Of a stretch of DNA of 64,000 nucleotides, positions 37,659 to 48,100 are shown piece by piece (positions within the stretch are counted from its first letter, which is position 1; the number at the start of each line of letters is the position of its first letter). The translations under genes were made by a program, and so were the position numbers. The stretch comes from Lingula anatina. Lineage: Eukaryota; Animalia; Brachiopoda. The notes beneath the pieces were generated by a model that made no database searches, had not been told where the DNA came from, and was given only the letters and a program-made list of their open reading frames with translations. The DNA lies in NCBI GenBank assembly GCA_051362555.1, contig CM120646.1:24118001-24182000 (forward strand). Direction: 5' to 3'.

Positions 37659-38789
37659 ATGCCACCACCTTGTTCCCCCACCACCCCCCGACCCCCCTCA
37701 GACCAGCGGTTATGTCTGCTAGGCAAACAAAACCACGACCTCCAGGCTAGGCTGCAGACACTGACCACCAACATTGACAAACTAGATGGCAGCACAACGT
37801 CAATATCACTGGATAATTTTGAAAGGATATCCAACGCTTATGAAAACCTCTCTACGCATGGAGGATTCCGTAGAAGGAGGAAGTCTCACGAAGGAGTGGT
37901 TCCAAATGAAAGCCGGTCCCAAGAATCGAGCACAATGCAAATGGATTTACTTGGGCTGCCAACTGAGAACTCGCAGCAAGACATGGAGACGAACAGTATT
38001 GTCCAACCTCGGCGCCATTCCATATCTGAGGGGGATCTTCCTCGGCAACGTCACAAATCACATACCGTAACCCATTGTGTGACACTCAGCCAAACGACTA
38101 ACATCCCTGAAGATGAACCAGACACGCTTTCCGCTTTGAAACGATCGACACGCACACGGGAAGTTTGTCCTGGTGATGTACAAACTGCGACCGCAGTCAC
38201 TGTCACTGAGCTGTCAGCGGGCGTCACCCCCACGGCAAAACTTGGCGAAGATTGTCTCTTCCCTCCCATTGCTCCTGCACGCAGACGACACTCCATCGAC
38301 GTTTCTGCTGACCTTGGGCGCCATCTTCACCGACTATCGCCTGAGGGGTACAAGGGTTCCTTTGAAAGACTTGAGACGATTGGCGAGGCTGCAATGGCCC
38401 GGTTACGGCCCCGCCATGACCCCAGTCACCACAGGGGGATACCAGCCCATCTTTACCCTGAATTCTTCCACATCTACTGTCATGACTCCCCTGGCGGCAG
38501 GTATCAACATCACGAACCTTTCCATGGCGCTGGTCCTAGGCGGCGGTCACGATCTCTTGGTGCCTCCGACCTGATGCCGTCAAGACATGGAGAGCGGCGA
38601 GATCACCCCCACGTACCACCCCCTATCCCCGAGTACCGCGTCATGTCCAGTCTCCGTCCCTCAAACGCAGTAGTCCAGGCAGGGGAACAGGGCCTGGCCT
38701 CGTGGTGCGGGATGTCCAGGAAAAGGTTGGAGAGAGTGCAGGCTTTGGACAACAACGGTGAAGGGAAACAGGCCTCGGAATATCAATGA
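37659..38789 (+). CDS. Uncharacterised, probably intrinsically disordered protein (~376 aa) with repeated RRxS/RxRS basophilic kinase motifs
   Basis: Long GC-richer ORF. Polypyrimidine tract and acceptor TTTTTACTTCCAG at 37631-37643 followed by ACCATG. The frame is open from the acceptor, so an upstream coding exon is possible. AATAAA at 38807. Motifs: RRRRKS, RRHSIS, RRRHSID, RRRSRSLG. Confidence 0.8.
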   Translation: MPPPCSPTTPRPPSDQRLCLLGKQNHDLQARLQTLTTNIDKLDGSTTSISLDNFERISNAYENLSTHGGFRRRRKSHEGVVPNESRSQESSTMQMDLLGLPTENSQQDMETNSIVQPRRHSISEGDLPRQRHKSHTVTHCVTLSQTTNIPEDEPDTLSALKRSTRTREVCPGDVQTATAVTVTELSAGVTPTAKLGEDCLFPPIAPARRRHSIDVSADLGRHLHRLSPEGYKGSFERLETIGEAAMARLRPRHDPSHHRGIPAHLYPEFFHIYCHDSPGGRYQHHEPFHGAGPRRRSRSLGASDLMPSRHGERRDHPHVPPPIPEYRVMSSLRPSNAVVQAGEQGLASWCGMSRKRLERVQALDNNGEGKQASEYQ

Positions 38790-39481
38790 AGACAATGACA
38801 CGTTTAAATAAATGATCTGCAAAGTTTGATTCATATTTTTTATATTATGGCCTACAGTTTATTGGATGCTGGCATGGCTACCCAGTTTACCTAGCTACCC
38901 AGTGTTGACGGACTTTGTGTACAAAACAATGGGCAGAAATGTTTTATTTATTTCCATGAACGTGTAGTGCCTGCGCAGTGCTACAGAGCAGTGCAGATGT
39001 GACAATGTGAGCGTGTCTCACCTAAAGCAATCTCACTACTGCCAGGCCCTAGAGTTCACATTGCATTTGTAGAGAACGTAAGTTACGGTTGTGACAAATT
39101 GCCCTCGAGTGTGTTTGAACTCCTAGTGTGGCCATACAGTTAATTGTGTGTGATAACGTGAAAGTCGAGGTTCGTGTTAGACCACCAAACTCTCGGTTTA
39201 CATTTACAGAAAGAGCTGTTCGCAGATGTTACACATATTATTTCACAAGAGCCTTGATGTAATATTTATCATTAAATTATCCAGACTCGTGATTGATCGT
39301 CTTCTCTTGTTCGGAACCTGCGTAATACATCATTTTTTCTCTTTAGAAGTTATTATTGCCACGACATTTGTTTTATTCTTTTTATTCTTCTTCACGACTG
39401 TCCGTTAATGAGCAGTCGCCTGAATTACCTCAACATCTTGCAAATTGTTCGCTTTCGACGTTGGGAAACCTCTCTCTCTTC

Positions 39482-39524
39482 CACACACACACATACACAC
39501 ACACACACACACACACGCACACAC
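39482..39524. repeat. (CA)n microsatellite
   Basis: Direct reading; lies between the two convergent genes. Confidence 0.9.
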
Positions 39525-40757
39525 GTTGGTGTAGACTGACAAAGACAAACAACGGAATATATTCAGAATACACAGAGTATTTATTTTTGACGTGAGAATT
39601 TAACTATTCATAGTGGATTTTTACATTTACGTTTTTTAAAAGAGCTGACTTCTTTTTCTTGCGATATATTTTTAGGCTGAGGTAGCTGTCGAGTATACAG
39701 TAGTTAAGAGTAATGTCCTCAAACTTCACACAAATAAAATATCATTGCAAACTGCTTCTGAATGTTTAAAGTGATGCGATGAAAAAGTGGCAAATCTCTC
39801 CTCCAAATGTTCTGTGGAAGTGAGACTGTAACTTGAATCTGCCACAAACACAGACAGAAAAATGATAACCCATTTGAATGTCTCTGTAAAACTGATGATT
39901 TAATTTCACAGTGATTATAATCTAATTTTGCTCTCCCTTTCGTGAGACACAGCAAGATAGATATAAATAAATTTAAAACTGGGAACATTGTGAGCTAAGT
40001 ATGAATAATACAGGGCAGTTTAAGACAAGTCACGGCATTCTGCATCTGAGTCTTAATTTTAATTGCTGGGACAATGCTATTTTGTCCACTAAGTTCCGCA
40101 TTCTGGACGCCGACGCGTGCAGATTTAATTGCCGACCACGTTAGCCTAATGACGGCGTTTAACTATGTAGATAAGACAGCCCTCTTAAGAAATTCTTCTT
40201 GGGAACAAGGAGGGATAGTTTGGCAATTTTTGCCCAAGATTCCTCCAAAATTTCTGGCGATTTGACACGACATAAATTTTAATCTTTTCGTGAAACATTT
40301 TCAGCTATAACACTTACTATTACATCCCTCCGCCTTTGGAGGTTATCCTTTATATTTACTTTAGTCTAGCTGCTGTAACGCTGTATGAATCAAAATAATC
40401 TGATGGCGTTCACCTTTTTTTTTTACTATATTGTTCAGTTCTTCATAGCTGCTTAACAACCAACACTGATTATTGACACTGATAAACATTATACCACTCT
40501 TTAAACACAATTCACCATGTCATTTAACAGGTAGACAAGTTTCACCGCTGTAAGTAGTACATACACAGCACTTGAGCGTGAGGTATAACTAGTAATAAAA
40601 CATGCATAAAATACAACGTGTGGCATTGCACATCAACATGAGTTTCAACTTCGGGCACCATAAATACCGACTAACACCCCAACTGGCATTTGTCTTTTCT
40701 ATCAATCATGGTTTCTGCTTCATGTAGGCACCAGAATAATGTTCACTGGTAAGTTCT

Positions 40758-42587
40758 CTAGATAGGCACAGTGAATAACTGCCTGTCGTGGTTGATTCTC
40801 ATCATGTCCTGGAGAAGTTTGTTATGTGAGGTTGCTCGGCCTGAGTAGATGACAGAGTTCGACACCACGATAGATGGCGTTCTTGCCTGCTTCTCTACCG
40901 ACGTTAAAGTCTTTGGAGTAAACGCTGTCGCTCGACATGAAAGTTTATCCATTGTAGAACTATACAACTTATCCCTGGAAGAACGCTTGTTTGATTTGAT
41001 TTGCGATCGCGAGTCTTTGCTTTTGCTTTGGGTTTTATTTTCCTCGGAAGGAGAACAGACATGCACATCGGCTGTAACAGTCTTTGTGAGCGCATGCGTC
41101 TTGGTGTCAAGTTTTGTAGTTGATTTCGTATTTTGATCTTGGCAGGAGTTTGCTTTGACACCGTAATAATGGCTGCAGTCGTCAAATTCCGAGAGGGGAG
41201 AGTCTGTGTAATGTCCGGAGTCCGTGGAATTGTCTGACACAGTGGTCACCGTCGTCAGGGAGACCGTGTCGGCCGCCGTGGACGCTTGCGACGCAGCGTA
41301 AGTTGCATATGTTGTAGACACCGACTGCGCGTCGTCTGTTTCTGTCTCAGATTCGCGTATGATACGCATCACGTCTTGTTTCAGCTCTAAATTCTGGCGA
41401 CATTTGGACAAGAAATATTCGTAGGCATCCATGCTGTCAGAGCCAGAGGATACACTGCTGTCTGCAGAGCCGTACGTGCTGCCAGTGTCTGAACTGGAGA
41501 CACTGTCCCTGTCCATACAACCTGTGTCTCTGACACACTTTTGGTGGCGTTTCCTTGGTGACCGTTTCCTAGGAGACGGTGCAGATCCCTGAGAATTCAA
41601 CGATGTATTATTTTTCTTCTGTTTATTAATAATCTCAATAGACTCACGTATGAGTTCATGTAGGGACGCCAGAGCGTCTGATTTGAGCATTGTTGGGGTC
41701 ACCTCGGACTGCCTGTTAACCTCCTGTGAGTTGTCAAAGTGTGCAGTATCCAAGATGGCGACAGCGCCTCCGCCATCTTCCTCCCCCAGTGTCATTACTG
41801 ACATCCCGGAGATGGAGCAGTAGATTTCCTCCTCATCATCGAACGCGTCCTCGCTTTTAATGTCAACTAAACTCTCCTGTGATTCAATGATACCATGACA
41901 ACCCAGATCCATCATATCTGAGTCGTCACCATGGCAACATTGTACAAACCGATCATTGCACTGATCGTTATGTGATTGTTTAGCATCATATGTGATTTGG
42001 TTGTGATTTTGCTCATCTTTACAAGAGTCAATGCTGTTTCTCTTCATACGCTGTTCTCGCATTCTCAGCCACTGTTTGTTCATCCGTAACTCCAAGTCTG
42101 GCGGGCAGACGCTGTTCACGCGGCTTACTGTACTGGTTCTGTCTGGTTTTTCAGGAGTTGTGCTGCAGGAGGTGTGAAATGTAGCATTATCCTCCCTTGT
42201 GTGACCACACACTCCCTGCTTCCCAACTATGGGGACAACTAAGTACGGACCTACCTCCGCGGCACGGCAGAAGTCTAAGTCAGGAAAGGGGGGCCTATTA
42301 TTATCATCCACAGCGGGATAGTCAGGTAAGGTTTCCCTAGAGAGCGCTGGGATTTCTTCATAGATGTGCATCAACAGGTCGTTCTGGAGCTGAGACGAGG
42401 AGCGGCGGGTGTCCAGCATATCGGGCACTGAGGAGGATTGAAGACCAGCAGGGTGCTGCGGGGAGAGACTGGAGTCTGATTCTGCTGAGGAGGCGTTTGC
42501 GGCGATTCTGACTTTTGGCTGTTTCCGGCGCTTGATCCACTTGATCAGTTTGGGCAAGTTAGACGACGACATCTTGGTTTGTTTCAT
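40758..42587 (-). CDS. Uncharacterised Ser/Asp/Thr-rich, probably disordered protein (609 aa) with tyrosine motifs
   Basis: 1830-bp uninterrupted ORF in AT-rich surroundings. Acceptor TTTTTATTTGTAG|G lies 34 nt upstream of the ATG (boundary 42622/42621). Basic amphipathic N-terminus KLIKWIKRRK; motifs HIYEEIP, EEIYCSI, DAYEYF. No globular domain recognised. Confidence 0.88.
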   Translation of the reverse strand: MKQTKMSSSNLPKLIKWIKRRKQPKVRIAANASSAESDSSLSPQHPAGLQSSSVPDMLDTRRSSSQLQNDLLMHIYEEIPALSRETLPDYPAVDDNNRPPFPDLDFCRAAEVGPYLVVPIVGKQGVCGHTREDNATFHTSCSTTPEKPDRTSTVSRVNSVCPPDLELRMNKQWLRMREQRMKRNSIDSCKDEQNHNQITYDAKQSHNDQCNDRFVQCCHGDDSDMMDLGCHGIIESQESLVDIKSEDAFDDEEEIYCSISGMSVMTLGEEDGGGAVAILDTAHFDNSQEVNRQSEVTPTMLKSDALASLHELIRESIEIINKQKKNNTSLNSQGSAPSPRKRSPRKRHQKCVRDTGCMDRDSVSSSDTGSTYGSADSSVSSGSDSMDAYEYFLSKCRQNLELKQDVMRIIRESETETDDAQSVSTTYATYAASQASTAADTVSLTTVTTVSDNSTDSGHYTDSPLSEFDDCSHYYGVKANSCQDQNTKSTTKLDTKTHALTKTVTADVHVCSPSEENKTQSKSKDSRSQIKSNKRSSRDKLYSSTMDKLSCRATAFTPKTLTSVEKQARTPSIVVSNSVIYSGRATSHNKLLQDMMRINHDRQLFTVPI

Positions 42588-42607
42588 TGGTGTGTCTTTA
42601 AAGGCTT

Positions 42608-42621
42608 GTTACCATAGCAAC
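42608..42621. promoter_or_regulatory. RFX X-box-like palindrome
   Basis: GTTACCATAGCAAC matches the X-box consensus GTTRCCATRGYAAC and forms the first 14 nt of the exon carrying the 609-aa CDS. Confidence 0.4.
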
Positions 42622-43023
42622 CTACAAATAAAAACGAGATCGTGAATTATTTATATGCTGGTATGTATTCAACAAATTCTGGACATCTGAATAGTATGGC
42701 AACCAGCAGGAATTATGTGTATATGGTGTTATACCAAGTTTTTAGGTACCACAAGAACACACCACTGGACCTTGTGGTTAATACAGTAATAAACACGCAA
42801 AATAACCTGGAACTGGGGCAGATGTTACAACTGAACCATCACATTGGTGCAGTTATTGTAACAAATACACCAAGGGATTGTCTTTGATAAGACGTCACTG
42901 TTTGTAACAAACAGGGAGTCCTTAGTTACAGTCACCTCACGCCTCTCTATACTCCAACAGAAGACAATCACATTATAACAAGACCCTCGTACACTGCGCT
43001 ACTCTGTTTTACACTCCGCATAC

Positions 43024-43198
43024 CTGATAAACAATTGGTCCTGAGTTGGTTCTTCAAAAAGCTAAACACAATTCCAGTTTGTAGAAATACTTGCAAATCC
43101 AACCTCTATCCCAGACTCAGAGCTCTAGAGGTCTTCTCTCTGTGAAGGTTCGAGGTAAAGTGTACCATAGAGTGAAGTGAATCCCACGTTATGACTGA
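43024..43198 (-). other. Putative non-coding first exon of the 609-aa gene
   Basis: Minus-strand donor CAG|GTATGC at 43024/43023 and Inr-like TCAGTC at 43198-43193, implying a ~400-bp intron to the acceptor at 42622. Confidence 0.35.
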
Positions 43199-45092
43199 TC
43201 TCAGCTGGTCCTCGTCACACAGATAGTGGCTTGAATCCACCAACCAATAACAAATTGCCTTTCATTTCTCTTCCTCGTCAGCCTTCATAGGCTGTTAGCA
43301 GCCCCGTGTCTCACCACTGATTGCTATCTCCTTACACTCGGGACCTATTATTTTCTGACTCAGATACGCGCTAGCGTTCTTTCCTCCTCACACGGTTAAA
43401 ACGCACCTATCGTACACCTGGTACAGCCAGAGTTGACGTGACCAGGTGACATATCCTACCTGTCGCGCTAGATCTACTCCACTTATTAGAGCTATGAATA
43501 GGGAGATCTGCAGCAGGGAAAGCCCCGGTGTACGTTTAGCCAGGGTTGACCATCTCGCGGTGCCTGTCTTGCATGTGAAGGGTAATGTTCAGTTCCCTAG
43601 CTGGGGACAGGCTTACATATTATCATAGCGTGGATGGGTGGGAGAACGGAGCCGGGAAAACAAACAATAGGTCATGTGACACTAGCAATTATTGGCAGTG
43701 TAATCTGCACGATAATCTCGCTGCGCCAGGGTGTTTTTTAATTTTTCCCTTGTTGTGAGATAACCTCTTTTATTTGCGATCAAATTATTTTTCTCGTGAC
43801 AGATGATGCATGTACAACAACAGTGGTATTTTACATATGTACCATTTACAAGAATCTGAAGAAATGTTCCTCAAAATGCTGTCTCCTCGTTAATCTAAAA
43901 CATCTCTCACACATCATACCGCATACCCATCTAGTAACTTCTACACACCGAAATGTCAAAAAGGGGATATAAATTGTAGTAAAACAGCAACTCATGGCGA
44001 TAAGATTATTCCGCACAGCGTCTAAAGAAGCCAAACAGAAGACACATTTCAGGTGTGACGGCAGACACCATGTCCGGAAACTGGTCTTGTATTGTTGAGC
44101 AATAACAGAACTTAACATCGACGAACTAAATGCACCCAGGCACGTTACTAATATCTGTAAGAATATTATCCTAACGCAGTTGACTTTATCTTCATTTAAC
44201 TTCCACATCATATAAATCCTTCAGGTGCCAGTTTCTTGAAATTTTCATTGTTTTGAGCTCGTACCGGGATTTTCAGTAAGTGCCACAATACCCCCCCCCC
44301 CCCACCTTGTTTGGCCCTGTTTAGTTTTTGAAATAATTCTACACAATAAATTAAAATAAAGCAAAATCTGAGAGGCTTATGTTCCAATGCCCCGGTGTTA
44401 TTTTTCTGATTCTTACATAGACTGACAAAAACTTAACTAAAGTTGGTCGGTACTAAAGCAATAATAACAGAAGCAATGATAACTCGCGTCATACATACGT
44501 AAGAATTTATGTCATACATACGTAAGAGTTTGCCACCTGTGCAAAATAACTTCTGGAGCCTCTTATTCCGAAAACTCAAAAGTTTCCAATATGCGAAGGC
44601 GGCAGCATTCTAACACTGGAAAAATATTTTCTGCAAACGACCCGTCTGATACATGAAATAAGGGAACCAGTATAAAATGTTCTCCCTTGTCGAAGTTAGA
44701 ACCTTAGTGAGTATGTAAAAAAAAAACACTCAGACTTTGCACAGGAGGGTGTTTCATTCAAAAACACCTTTAAATAGATAACGATTTATAACGAGAATCA
44801 CAGTGAGACACGACATCTAAATACTTCCAGTACCAGCGGACGGTTGTCGCAAGACATACCAGACACATACAAGGCAAGGGCGTCTTCTACTTTAACTGCT
44901 AGTAACATGGTACAATATTGTCCAAATACAGAGATTTTAAACAAACGGGAAATACTTTTGAGTCGTTAACATAAGTCGAAATATGTAACTATAGAACAGG
45001 TGTAATTCAAGCATAATAAACGGAATAGGTTGACACAAGCATGTCCCTTTTGTGTGGATTTTATACATTTAAGTAATTAAGTTTCTCTGTAC

Positions 45093-45093
<1 letters not shown>

Positions 45094-45130
<37 letters not shown>
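45094..45130. repeat. (TTA)n microsatellite
   Basis: Direct reading. Confidence 0.95.
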
Positions 45131-45131
<1 letters not shown>

Positions 45132-48100
45132 ATTTCAAAGGTGAGCATATAATGCCTAGGCGAATTGCCACCTTTATTTATACTGTATCAATATTTAACC
45201 CTCTTGAGAATAAAGATGTTTAAAAAAATTGTGTGATATTTTGGACGTCACCACTATCTTATTTACATCGCTAAACCAATCAACAAATTAGTGTGAAAAA
45301 ATGATGGAGGGATTGTCGTTGCGAACGCTAACAATTCAACCTACACATCTAAGAGTTGTGTTTTGATTTGGTTACTCAAAAAAGTTTATTTTTTTTCTTC
45401 AGATCCTAAAAAACATCAATCTTCGACCCCACAGGAAGCAAAGACGTGGCCAGACCTGGGGTTAGCCTGCCCTCTAGACGTAATAGTTACATTCTGAAGG
45501 TTTAAAACCGCTTTTACTGACAGGGGTAGGGCCGTCAGCGGTGTAAAGATGTATTAATAATCTTTATCGACCACTGATAATATAAAAATACCCTGATTGT
45601 GGTGAGTGTCGTAGTCAACAGAGGAAGACATCCAGGTTACATGGTCAGGGTTTACCCTAAAACAGGGACCAGAAGACGTCACGGATGGAAAAACAAAAAA
45701 AATTAATTTTTAAAAGTTTCCTAAGGTCACCGGATTGAAACTGCCTCCATGAATCTATGGGATTGACTGCGGGGGCAGCATCTGGCTCTTCAGTTTTCCC
45801 ACCAGCCCTGGGGCACTAAGGAGACAAAGAACACAAAGACCAATAAATAAACCCCTTGAAGTCAACTTTCCACCTGTCCTTATATCAAGGCTAAAAACAA
45901 ACGACCCAATTAACAATCCACAAGTGAGATCTGACTAATTATTGTCCGTCACCTTTGTCACAGAAAAGGGTAAGTCTCATTACTATCCATTAACAATGTC
46001 ACAGAAAAAGATCTGCCTAATTACTGTCCGTCAACAATGTCAGCGAGACATGTCAAACTGGGACCTCACTGGCCACATACTGGACGCCAGGACAAAGCTG
46101 CCTGCCACTGGCCGCGGGTTCTACACTGGGCAGAGCTGTTTAACAGCGCAGACAAAACCACAATGTAGGTGTAAAACAAGATAATATCCAGCTGACAGCC
46201 CATGTGAACTGATTTCCACCAGGAACGTACAACATGGAAGAGAAAAAAAAACGTACGGTGGACAGCATGTTGATGGGAACACCCCTCAACACACAGACAA
46301 CCCTGCTGACTCTTTCAGTGAGAGAATGACGAGACTTCGCCAGCCATTAGAACTGTGACATGCTGATCGGTAACAATACTCATTTGAACTTCTTTGGCAG
46401 CAGTAACGATACAGAGGTAGAAATGACATATGTGATGTATGTTAACCAAACACCAAGAGTTGTGGAAGGAAATCGACCTTGAAGACTCAGCAAAGACCGC
46501 CAATTTTGTCATAGATAGGAAAACCATCATTTTCATTCTTTACATTTCATAATAAGCAATACGCCTACACAACACATCCCTTTTCGGGTTTCTTTTTCAT
46601 TGGGACATTCTACGTATCACACTAACTGAACAAAAGAACTTTGAACGATATGTACTTGTATCATGTTTGTAAAATTGATAGGTTTTACATAATATTCTTC
46701 CTCCACCCAAAACCAGCCACATTGTGTATGAAATGCTCAATCACATATAATTCCTCGGCACAATTCATTTTTCTCCACCCAAAAGATATCACATAATAAA
46801 ACAATAGAAGGGTATGTCAGCCCCCGTATATTTGGCCAGTCGTGTATCATTATGTCTCTGTGAGTTGCGTGCCCCGCGCCATCAGTGGTCAAAACAGAGC
46901 CATGAAGATACTCCTGCTGCCACATGAAATATGAGCAGTACTCGAGGCCTATAGAAAAAACTTGCCACACAATGTAGCGATATATGTTGTGGTTCCGAAA
47001 ACAATTATGGGATCTGAAGATAATTGTGGGAAGATTTTTTTAGACTGAATGGCCAGTGCTGGACATTGGCCAGTTCCCATGGTGGACGGGGGAAGTGTCC
47101 AGTGTCGTCCAGTGAATCACGGGTAAATGTGGCCTGGTGTGAGTGGGATGGAGGGAGTGTGGGAGGGATGGAGGAGGACGGTAAGGGGGAGGGGGGCTGG
47201 ACGCAGGGAAGGAGGAGAGAGAGCGATAGTGGGATTAAAGAAATAACACAGTAATACCACCAATGCTACCAAACTGCATAATTAAATGAGGAACAAGGAA
47301 AACGACGCGCTAGGTAAATTTGACATATATAAAAAACTGAGGAAAATGTTCGAAATTGAAGCTACTAGTATGTAGTCATCGTGTCACTGTATGAGGAGCA
47401 GCTGATATTAGTAAGCATGAGATCATATGGGGACCACAATTTCACGCCTCAAGGTACCGTTATAATAGACGGTTATAACTATACACAGCACGGTCCGTAC
47501 CACATATGTTAGTCTCATCTTAGAAGCCCTGCTTTAGTATAACACTGATAGCATCATGTATATCCTGAATTTCATCTGGTATCTAACCGTAAAGTCATCC
47601 ATATGGAGAGTTAAAGAGAAGCTGTGTATTTGGAATATTTTCCGCCTTTTGCCCTGCAGTAGTGATACGAGCACAGCCAGAGTATAATCAGCTGGAATAA
47701 AAATATGACAGGTGCTCATTATCTTTTTCTACTTGGCTGGACGTTTTCAGGCCTTCCGGGTTAAATGTGTCATTTATACGTCAGAAATAACCTTGTTGGT
47801 TTCTCTAGAGCTAATTTATGTTAAATAATTCCCAGCATCCTCCGGGTGCAGTTTGGTTATTAATTCTGAACGTAAAGATTAATGTATTTGGCCTTCAGGA
47901 ATGATAAAACTAAGGTGGCAGTTAAGTTAAGAATGAACCTCCTTGTTTACAACCAGTGTAGCAGGAAACTGCAGTTCTCCGCACCTCTCTGGCTGTCTTC
48001 ACGGATGTCATGAACATGTCATGAACATGTCATGAGTTTATCTTTTCAAACCACACTACAGATGTTATCGTGTCTTACATCATGACATCATATACAATTC

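Noticed and set aside
37634-38574. Overlapping alternative-frame and antisense ORFs within the 376-aa and 609-aa genes and antisense to the Pro/Thr exons
   Set aside because: Shadow ORFs expected in GC-richer coding sequence.
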